From: Octopus sinensis
Taxonomy: Eukaryota
Assembly: GCF_006345805.1 (NCBI RefSeq)
Contig: NW_021828874.1
Location: 1 to 7,209, forward strand
Direction of reading: 5' to 3'
Length of the DNA stretch: 7,209 nt
The notes beneath the pieces are model-generated. The model made no database searches and was not told where the DNA came from. It was given only the letters and a program-made list of their open reading frames with translations. Made by a program: the position numbers and the translations under genes. Positions 1 to 7,209 of this stretch are shown in pieces (within the stretch, counting starts at the first letter, position 1; every line of letters begins with the position of its first letter).

Positions 1-494
1 CTAAATGATCCTTATTCATTTCAGACAATTCCATCCAAACATTGTATACAAAAGATCTGGAAATATTTAGAAAGCTGGAAAATTCCAAGCCGTTATGCCC
101 TGCACATGTGGCTACATGACTGCATTTCTTTTAGTCTTTTGTATTAGCGTTTTATTTGCCATTGGGGATAGGAAAATAATAGAAAAATACTTCCAGTTAC
201 TTTTTAAAAAAAAACTATATACTGATAATTGTTCTCAAATACCCCTCTCACACTATTCGCCTCCGTGTCAAAGTCCTTCTCGTTTAACCTTCACATTTCA
301 TGATAGTTAGTTTGCAGTTCATGCATGGTCAGGTCTCTATATTTAAATATAGGGTTTTTGGGTGCATTGTTCTTTGGTGAAAGTTTATTGAAATTAAGTT
401 CTATGTAATTTAAATTTCGTTTTACTTCTTTAGAGCAAAAGAAAAATGGGCGGGACAAATGCTAATCAATAAAGTCATACTTATGTACATCAAT

Positions 495-552
495 CTATGT
501 ACACAGATATATAATATGTGTGTGTGTGTACAAATATACATATATATGCGGT

Positions 553-594
<42 letters not shown>

Positions 595-668
595 ATCTCT
601 GACTATTATTAATACTGTAATTGTTCCTTTTTGTTTCCCTTTTGGATAAAATATATATACATATATAG

Positions 669-724
<56 letters not shown>

Positions 725-844
725 CATATATACATACACACACATATATACACACCATGTACGTACATATATATATATATATTATGAATAGTGTGTATGT
801 ATGTGTGTACAAATAAATATATATATATATACACATAGACTGGA

Positions 845-877
<33 letters not shown>

Positions 878-960
878 AATGTGTGTGTGCGTGTGTGTAA
901 ACTATATCCACAAATATACACTCACCCATACAAGTGTACATGTATGCGTGTTTAGGTACA
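495..960. repeat. Compound (TA)n/(CA)n/(TG)n microsatellite region
   Basis: Alternating TA, CA and TG dinucleotide tracts read directly. They explain the IY/YI/VC-rich ORFs at 422-941. Confidence 0.97.
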
Positions 961-1032
961 TGTTTGTATGTATATGCATGTGACTATGTACATAAAATAT
1001 TATGCGCACACAGAGGTATATTTTTTGAGATC

Positions 1033-1245
1033 CTTTTTATCTTTTACTTGTGTCTCTCATTAGATTGCGACCATACTGGTGCACCGCTTTCAAAGGTTTA
1101 GCCTGTCGAATCTTTTCTGGTACATTTCTTAAACAATTTCATTGAATTGACCCGTTTTGTTTTTTTAACGGTCTACTAAGTTACGGGAGACGTAAACAAA
1201 CCGACACTGTTTAGTGGTGGCGAGAAAAACAGAAAAAATACGTAT
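1033..1245 (-). mobile_element. Diverged 3' fragment of SINE family A (tail and part of body)
   Basis: The reverse complement of 1033-1110 (aaacctttgaaagcggtgcaccagtatggtcgcaatctaatgagagacacaagtaaaagata) aligns to the tail of the plus copy at ~1575-1636 (aaacccttcaaggcggtgccccagcatggccgcagtctaatgtctgaaacaaaagata). ctaagttacgggagacgtaaac (~1174-1197) matches the reverse complement of atatccccgtaactaag (~4967-4983). Confidence 0.8.
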
Positions 1246-1252
1246 ACAACCA

Positions 1253-1397
1253 CTGTGTGGTAAGAATCTTGTTTCCCAACCTCATGGCTCCAGACTCACT
1301 CCCTCTGCATGGCACATTGAGCAAATGTCTTCTACTATAGCCTCAGGCTGTTGTGAGTGGATTTGGTAGACGGAAACTGGAAGACTGGAAGACGCCC

Positions 1398-1442
<45 letters not shown>

Positions 1443-1636
1443 GTGTGTGTGTGTGTGTGGTGTGTGTGTGTGTGTGTGTGTGTATCTTTGTTTTTGTGTT
1501 TGTGCCCCCACCAACTTCTTGACAACCGGTGTTGGTTCCTTTCAAAGGAATACATCTTTGGGTCGACTTGTTTGACTTAAACCCTTCAAGGCGGTGCCCC
1601 AGCATGGCCGCAGTCTAATGTCTGAAACAAAAGATA
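1253..1636 (+). mobile_element. tRNA-derived SINE family A (CORE-like central domain, internal microsatellite), internally deleted copy
   Basis: Colinear with the copy at 4750-5112: head tgtgtggtaag, CORE-like gcacattgagcaaatgtcttctactatagcc, gtgagtggatttggtagacggaaactg, internal (TA)n(TG)n, and tail aggcggtgccccagcatggccgcagtc. The ccccgtaact segment is missing. Resemblance to octopus CORE-SINEs is from memory; the exact family name is not assigned. Confidence 0.85.
1401..1484. repeat. (TA)n(TG)n microsatellite expanded inside SINE A
   Basis: Read directly. The equivalent position in the 4750-5112 copy holds only a short tatattcatatatgtttgtgtgtc. Confidence 0.95.
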
Positions 1637-1671
1637 TATATATATATATATATCAGGTTTCCAAACAGTTT

Positions 1672-2089
1672 CTTATTTCTTTATTGCCCACAAGGGGCTA
1701 AACGTAGACGGGACAAATAATGACAGACAAACGGATTAAGTCACTTACATCGACCCCAGTGCGTAACTGGTACTTAATTTTTAGACCCCAAAAGGGTGAA
1801 AGGCAAAGTCGACCTCGGCGGAATTTAAACTCAGAACGTAACGGCAGACGAAATACCTATTTCTTTACTACCCACAAGGGGCTAAACACAGAGAGAACAA
1901 ACAAGGACGGACAAATGGATTAAGTCGATTATATGGACCCTAGTGCGTAACTGGTACTTAATTTATCGACTCCGAAAGGATGAAAGGCAAAGTTGACATC
2001 GGCGGAATTTGAACTCAGAACGTAGCGGCAGACGAAATACCGCTAAGCATTTCGCCCGGCGTGCTTAACGATTCTGCCAGCTCGTTGTC
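1672..2089 (-). mobile_element. tRNA-derived SINE family B (Meta-like central domain), head-body-body tandem dimer
   Basis: Minus-strand A box TGGCAGAATCG (2079-2069) and B box GAGTTCAAATTCC (2016-2004). Body 1857-2040 is repeated at 1672-1856 (~185-bp period) with a second B box at 1832-1820. The central gcctttcatcctttcggagtcgataaattaagtaccag resembles the MetaSINE domain as I recall it. Confidence 0.85.
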
Positions 2090-2140
2090 CTCTATAGGTG
2101 AGATATTAACAATAAAGTCTTAGGACGTAGAACAAAAAAT

Positions 2141-2461
2141 CTGCTTGTGAAATTAACGTGTGACTGAACACTCAACAGATGCGTGTACCCTTAACGTAGT
2201 TCTCGAGGCGATTCAGCGTGACACAGAGTGTGACAAGGCTGACCCTTTGAAATACAGGTACAACAACAGGAACAGGAAGAAAGAGTGGGAGAAAGTTGTG
2301 GTGAAAGAGTACAGCAAGGTTTTCCACCGCCCCCTGTCGATTCCTCGTGGAACTTTAGGTGTTTTCGTTCAATAAACACTCACAACGCCCGGTCTGGGAA
2401 TCGAAACCACGATCCCACGACCGCGAGTCTGCTGCCCTAACCACTGTGTCATTGCGCCTCC
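2141..2461 (-). mobile_element. tRNA-derived SINE family C
   Basis: The minus strand starts GGAGGCGCAATGACACAGTGGTTAGGGCAGC, with an A box (2451-2441) and a B box GGTTTCGATTCCC (2408-2396) at tRNA-like spacing. A long non-tRNA body follows, which I recall as an abundant octopus repeat. The 3' end is approximate. Confidence 0.75.
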
Positions 2462-2649
2462 ACATAGATTATATACGATGTTTTTTCTACACAGTTTGCG
2501 CCAACCAAATTCTACTTTTAGGTACTGAACAACAGCGGGCTGATACAGAAGACTCTTGCCTCGTCAGCGCGTATACATAATATACGAACGCACATAAGAA
2601 CACGTACGATGAACACAATTAAACGAATATTCAGAGGCATAAAATCTCA

Positions 2650-2750
2650 TAGACACAAACACACACACAAGCACACTCTCGTAGGCATATATTCACATAC
2701 TATTATACATACACACACACACGCCTACGTACAAACACTGATGCATACAC
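2650..2750. repeat. Degenerate CA-rich microsatellite
   Basis: Interrupted acacac tracts read directly. Confidence 0.75.
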
Positions 2751-2876
2751 TAGTCAGGTTAGTCAGCAATTTTCATCAATATGAGGGAAAATAAATATTA
2801 GTATGTAACAGCTGATTCAATGAAGAAGGAGATTTTTTCGTACTTTTTCAGGCTGATCTTTCAGTATATATAAATA

Positions 2877-3270
2877 CTAGCAGTATCCCCCGGCGTTGCT
2901 CGGGTTTGTAAGGGAAATAACTATATAAGCATTTTTAGAGAGTTATAGCCAAAATATAGCAAAAAATGCATTAAAAATGGGAAAAAAATTATGTAAATTT
3001 TTTTTAAATCATTGACTCATCGTAGACATTTTTAGAGAGTTACTTCCCTTATATAACAGCGAAAAAAATGCATTAAAATGGAAAAAAATGATGGTAAATT
3101 TTTTTTTTAATCGTAGATCATCGTAGACGCGCGCTAATACCCAGAAGGGCTCGATATGAATCACGACTATAGATACCCGATTTGTTAAACTGCCACTGCA
3201 AAAATGGGGGAGTAGTTAGGAATCTAAATCGTAGGAGAGAGACACACAACTTCTCTTTTATATATAAAGA
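2877..3270 (-). mobile_element. Complete non-autonomous Helitron (394 bp)
   Basis: The minus strand begins TC (3270-3269) and ends CTAG (2880-2877). A GC hairpin cccgagcaacgccggg (2904-2889) lies 8 nt before the CTAG. The element sits between A (3271) and T (2876) on the minus strand with no TSD. It has an internal ~100-bp tandem duplication (2930-3026, 3027-3127). Confidence 0.88.
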
Positions 3271-3271
3271 T

Positions 3272-3383
3272 TACATGATTCGGAGTTCAGTTCTTTTGTG
3301 TGAGACTTTGGCGAAGTGCCTTCTACTATAGTTTCGGGTCGACCAGAGACTTCTGAGTGAATTTCGGTGACGGAAATTGAAAG
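3272..3383 (+). mobile_element. Old 5'-truncated fragment of SINE family A
   Basis: acatgattcggagttcagttc...aagtgccttctactatagtttcgggtcgacc...gtgaatttcggtgacggaaattgaaaga aligns colinearly to 4776-4886. Confidence 0.8.
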
Positions 3384-3471
3384 ATACAACATATATACGC
3401 CAGCTTAATTCAATTCGTTCCTGGTCGAAAGACACCTGTTGTGATGTCCTGCTAATTGCATTTGTATTTGT

Positions 3472-3678
3472 GTAACATTGCTCTGTTTTTTTTTTCTGTC
3501 CTTGCTTTCGTATATATTCACTGCTTTCTTCCTAGGAATCTAATGCTCTTATTTTATTTTTCCTTATTATTTTTATTGTATTTTTATTTTATTTATATTA
3601 GGGTAACATTGTCTGTTTTTCCGTCCTTGTATTTTTGTATACATTCGGTGCTTCCTTCCAAGGAATCTAATGCTCTTA
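3472..3678 (+). repeat. Imperfect ~78-bp direct repeat pair in an unclassified segment
   Basis: gtaacattg...ctgtttt...gtccttg...ttcct(a/tccaa)ggaatctaatgctctta occurs at 3472-3551 and 3603-3678, separated by a T-rich spacer. Confidence 0.85.
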
Positions 3679-4025
3679 GCTTAGTTTTATATAACTTGGG
3701 GTTGGCCAGATTGGAGCAATCTGAAGATCAATCAGCCGAAATTGCGAGTATGATCTAGTTCTTGACTGACGATAGAAAGCTTCGAATGATACATCCTTGT
3801 TTTTTTGTATAATCTATCGGGATGTTTTGTTGTCCCTTTTTGTATCACCAAGTTGCCCGGATGTTTTGTGTTATTGTCCCGTTTAGAATTATATATATAT
3901 ATTACTTGGAAATGGATGCGTGGCGTTCAATTAATTGATAATATAAATAATATATATATGCATGTATGTGTACAGGACGTCACCAACTGTACACAACATG
4001 TAGTGCAAAAACAAACGAGTTAACT

Positions 4026-4057
4026 ATATGTATATATATATATATACATATATATAT
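4026..4057. repeat. (TA)n microsatellite
   Basis: Read directly. Confidence 0.95.
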
Positions 4058-4157
4058 AAAATTTTTTCTCTTTTATGCTTTTGCTTGCTTCAGTCACGTG
4101 ATTGCAACCATGCTGGAGCACAAAATTTTGGTTGGATAAATCAACCTCGAGACTTAT

Positions 4158-4722
4158 TATATATATATGTATGTGTGTGTGTTTGTGTGTGTGTATGTGT
4201 GTGTGCGTGTATATGTGTGTGTGTGTGTATGTGTGTGTGTTTGTGTGTGTGTATGTGTGTGTGCGTGTATATGTGTGTGTGTGTGTATGTGTGTGTGTTT
4301 GTGTGTGTGTGTATGTGTGTGTGCGTGTATATGTGTGTGTGTGGTGTGTAGGTGTGTGTTTGTGTGTGTGTGTATGTGTGTGTGCGTGTATATGTGTGTG
4401 CGTGTGTATGTGTGTGTGTTTGTGTGTGTGTATGTGTGTGTGCGTGTATATGTGTGTGTGTGTGTATGTTTTGTGTTTGTGTGTGTGTATGTGTGTGTGG
4501 CTTGTATATGTGTGTGTTGTATGTGTGTGTGTTGTGTGTGTGTATGTGGTGTGTGTTTGGTGTGTGTATGTGTGTTGTTTGTGTGGTGTTGTGTGTGTGC
4601 GTGTATATGTGTGGTGTGTGTATGTGTGTGTGTTTGTGTGTGTGTATGTGTGTGTGCGTGTATATGTGTGTGTGTGTATGTGTGTGTGTTTGTGTGTGTG
4701 TATGTGTGTGTGCGTGTATATG

Positions 4723-4753
<31 letters not shown>
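4158..4753. repeat. (GT)n-based compound microsatellite with ~58-bp higher-order repeat
   Basis: The marker gcgtgtatat recurs at 4205, 4263, 4323, 4384, 4442, (4500 variant), 4599, 4656 and 4712. It explains the HT- and VC-rich ORFs at 4020-4949. Confidence 0.95.
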
Positions 4754-5112
4754 TAAGTAGCTTGCATACCAACCACATGTTTCCGAGTTCAGTCCCACTG
4801 CGTGGCACCTTAGGCAAGGGTTTTCTACTATAGCCTTGGGCCGACCAAAGCTTTGTGAGTGGATTTGTTAGACGGAAACTGACAGAAGCCTGACGTATAT
4901 TCATATATGTTTGTGTGTCTGCGTTTGTCCCTCCACCATCGCTTGACAACCGATGCTGGTGCTTTTATATCCCCGTAACTAAGCGGTTCAGCCTAAGTGA
5001 CCGATAGAATAAGTATTAGGTTTACAAAGAATAAGTCCTGGAGTCGATTTCTTCGACTAAAAGGCGGTGCTCCAGCATGACTGTAGTCAAGTGACTAAAA
5101 CTGGGAAAAAGG
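4750..5112 (+). mobile_element. tRNA-derived SINE family A, near full length
   Basis: B-box-like GAGTTCAGTCCC at 4785-4796, CORE-like ggcaccttaggcaagggttttctactatagcc, then body and tail aaggcggtgctccagcatgactgtagtc. Colinear with 1253-1636. The A box is replaced by the GT tract. Confidence 0.88.
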
Positions 5113-5157
5113 GACCTATATATATATATAGATATATATATAATATATATATATTTG

Positions 5158-5395
5158 CATTGGGAACCACTTGATATCGACAACCGGTGATTGTCACACG
5201 CTGATGACGAGTCAGTACCCAGAAACTCGAGTCCGTGTGTTTCACGTCAGGTTGGAGATGGGAAGGATGGCTTCCCTTTGCAAATACTGATAGAGGACAG
5301 AAAGCGTGTCAATAGCCAGCTGGAGGAGTTGTCTTGCTTGGGCTACAAGCTACGGCAGCATCCACTCTTAAGGGTTAGCCACATTTAAGTGACAA
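5158..5395 (+). mobile_element. Probable Penelope-like retroelement fragment (ribozyme region plus possible ORF start)
   Basis: A GC-richer island between two TA tracts that contains the hammerhead. Minimal hammerheads with a palindromic loop III are typical of Penelope-like elements. No RT or GIY-YIG motif is visible. Confidence 0.45.
5187..5245 (+). ncRNA. Minimal type I hammerhead ribozyme (Penelope-like), stem II degenerate
   Basis: Stem I CACACG (5195-5200)/CGTGTG (5234-5239) plus GTGA (5187-5190)/TCAC (5242-5245). Core CTGATGA (5201-5207). Stem II region cgagt-cagt-accca has 3 of 5 pairs. GAAA (5222-5225), then C-TCGA-G-TC with a predicted cleavage site after C5233. Confidence 0.75.
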
Positions 5396-5483
5396 ATATA
5401 TTTCACAATATATATAATATAATATAAGTAATACTAAGCAATAAGGGTTTAGCAACGAGTTGCCTTACCAATACCGAATTTAG

Positions 5484-5566
5484 AAATAGCAGTCAAGGGT
5501 TATAGCTATTTCTTCTACTAAAAAGGGAGATCTCAGTAAAAAACAGCATTTGGAAGGCACAAACAG
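5484..5566 (+). CDS. Hypothetical exon A of the repeat unit (84 nt in consensus; also 6087-6169, 6687-6769)
   Basis: Modest acceptor gaatttag| with upstream CTTAC, and a strong donor. The consensus reads NSSQRVIAISSTKKGDLSKKQHLEGTN. Each assembled copy is 83 nt (one base short). No homology recognised. Confidence 0.25.
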
Positions 5567-5721
5567 GTAAGAGAGAATGAATGACTGCAATCTATCATAC
5601 ATTTTTTTAGTTATCCACGGACGTTACGTTTTCGAAATCAAGTTTTAAGGAAAGCATACGAATTAAATATTAAATATCAAATATAAATAATTCTATCTTA
5701 CCGAAATTCTTTTCTCTTCAG
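5567..5721 (+). other. Candidate GT-AG intron in array unit 1 (also 6170-6319 and 6770-6922)
   Basis: Donor CAG|GTAAGA, AT-rich interior, branch-like CTTAC (5697-5701) about 21 nt before the 3' end, and acceptor TTCTTTTCTCTTCAG|. All are conserved in the three units. Confidence 0.55.
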
Positions 5722-5843
5722 CGTTAGAATACTCTATAATCATAAATGATTATATATTGAATTTGAGGATACCAGAAGGCACCAACTCCACTCAGTATCA
5801 GAGCGAGCTCTAAACCCGCAACTGGTATCACCGAATTCAATTT
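5722..5843 (+). CDS. Hypothetical exon B of the repeat unit (126 nt in consensus; also 6320-6440, 6923-7039)
   Basis: Strong acceptor and a weak donor TT|GTGAAT. The consensus reads VVEYSIIINDYILNFEDTRRHQLHSVSERALKPATGITEFN. The assembled copies are 122, 121 and 117 nt and contain stops. No homology recognised. Confidence 0.22.
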
Positions 5844-7209
5844 GTGAATGAACACGATGTGTCAACAGCCCCTCCCACCCGCGTGTAGCCAAAACAAGAT
5901 GCTGTGGTCATCTACTGAGATAAAATATGGTTATCCGTAATAATGAAGGGTGAAATTAATTAATTTGGAAAAATTATCAATTACACCAGTAGTCTTCGGC
6001 ATGTAAAGCCTCATTCGAGGAAAATTTAAGTAATACTAAGCAATAAGGGTTTAGCAACGAGTTGCCTTACCACATACCGAATTTAGAAATAGCAGTCAAG
6101 GGTTATAGCTATTTCTTCTACTAAAAAGGGAGATCTCAGTAAAAAACAGCATTTGGAAGGCACAAACAGGTAAGAGAGAATGATTGACTGCAATCTATCA
6201 TACATTTTTTTTATCCACGGACGTACGTTTCGAAATCAAGTTTTAGGAAAGCATACGAATTAAATATTAAATATCAAATAATAAATAATTCTATCTTACC
6301 GAAATTCTTTTCTCTTCAGCGTAGTAGAATACTATAATCATAAATGATTATATATTGAATTTTGAGGATACCAGAAGGCACAACTCCACTCAGTATCAGA
6401 GCGAGCTAAAACCCGCAACTGGTATCACCGAATTCAATTTGTGAATGATGAACGATTGTGTCAACAGCCCCTTCCCACCCGCGTGTAGCCAAAACAAGAT
6501 GCTGTGGTCATCTACTGAGATAAAATATGGTTATCCGTAATAATGAAGGGTGAAATTAATAATTGGAAAAATTATCAATTACACCAAGTAGTCTTCGGCA
6601 TGTAAAAGCCTCATTCGAGGAAAAATTAAGTAATACTAAGCAATAAGGGTTTAGCAACGAGTTGCCTTACCACATACCGAATTTAGAAATAGCAGTCAAA
6701 GGGTTATAGCTATTTCTTCTACTAAAAAGGGAGATCTCAGTAAAAACAGCATTTGGAAGGCACAAACAGGTAAGAGAGAATGAATTGACTGCAATCTATC
6801 ATACATTTTTTTAGTTATCCACGGACGTACGTTTCGAAATCAAGTTTTAAGGAAAGCATACGAATTATATTAAATATCAAATAAAAATAATTCTATCTTA
6901 CCGAAACTTCTTTTCTCTTCAGCGTAGAATACTATAATCATAAATGATTATATATTGAATTTTGAGATACCAGAAGGCACCAACTCCACTCAGTATCAGA
7001 GCGAGCTAAAACCGCAACTGGTATCACCGAATTCAATTTGTGAATGAAACGATTGTGTCAACAGCCCCTTCCCACCCGTGTGTGCCAAAACAAGATGCTG
7101 TGGTCATCTACTGAGATAAAATATGGTTATCCGTAATAATGAAGGGTGAAATTAATTAATTTGGAAAAATTATCAATTACACCAAGTAGTCTTCGGCATG
7201 TAAAAGCCT

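Larger units (their letters stand above)
5425..7209. repeat. ~600-bp tandem array, 3 near-identical units, running off the window
   Basis: Units start taagtaatactaagcaataaggg at 5425, 6027 and 6627 (602, 600 and 583+ bp). They differ almost only by 1-3-nt indels. Confidence 0.98.

Noticed and set aside
422-941. ORFs of 61-112 aa rich in I/Y/V/C
   Set aside because: Translations of TA/CA/TG microsatellites, which lack stop codons in most frames.
2390-2461. Possible tRNA gene on the minus strand
   Set aside because: The A and B boxes are present, but the anticodon and acceptor stems do not pair cleanly and the sequence continues into a SINE body.
1282-2580. Short ORFs at 1282-1605, 1720-1923, 2160-2379 and 2359-2580
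   Set aside because: They lie within SINEs or microsatellites and show no protein motifs.
3456-3758. 100-aa hydrophobic ORF resembling a membrane protein
   Set aside because: The F/L/Y/I richness comes from T-rich low-complexity DNA and the direct repeat.
3721-3790. Functional hammerheads at CTGAAGA (3721) and CTGACGA (3766)
   Set aside because: No proximal stem I and no credible stem II; the second motif has GAAT instead of GAAA.
4020-4949. 309-aa His/Thr-rich ORF and overlapping Val/Cys-rich ORFs
   Set aside because: Translation of the (GT)n tract in several frames on both strands, with the start inside a SINE. Not a metal-binding protein.
5690-5725. Minus-strand CTGAAGA plus hairpin gaaa-agaa-tttc in each array unit, as a hammerhead or retrozyme
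   Set aside because: It is followed by GGTAAG rather than GAAA and has no stems I or III. It is the complement of the pyrimidine-tract acceptor.
5702-5914. Minus-strand exon between ttttatctcag| and |gtaaga
   Set aside because: All frames from the acceptor hit stops, even in the consensus. The minus GTAAG is the complement of the plus-strand CTTAC branch motif.
6445-6518. C/D-box snoRNA (ATGATGA...CTGA)
   Set aside because: The exact C box appears in only one of three copies, and I identified no terminal stem or convincing rRNA guide.
5425-7209. Array as 5S, snRNA, SL RNA, histone or CRISPR repeat
   Set aside because: No 5S, U1, U2, U6, histone or clear Sm-site sequence was recognised. The units are wholly repeated, with no unique spacers.

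Overview
Eukaryotic, AT-rich, repeat-dominated DNA, most likely from an octopus. That assignment is inferred from SINE families recognised from memory and from the dense (TA)n/(GT)n tracts; no search was run. None of the supplied ORFs is a credible gene: they are translated microsatellites, SINE reading frames or AT-rich noise. Positions 1-5400 are a patchwork of compound microsatellites, three tRNA-derived SINE families (six copies or fragments, one a head-body-body dimer) and a complete 394-bp non-autonomous Helitron. They also hold a (GT)n tract with ~58-bp higher-order periodicity. Two signals stand out. (1) A minimal type I hammerhead ribozyme of the Penelope-like kind at 5187-5245, with an intact core and a decayed stem II. 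(2) A near-identical ~600-bp tandem array from 5425 to the window end. Each unit carries a canonical GT-AG intron. A longest-allele consensus of the three copies splices into two symmetric phase-2 exons (84+126 nt) giving an open 70-aa repeat that I do not recognise. No single copy is open as assembled, so the coding reading is a hypothesis.
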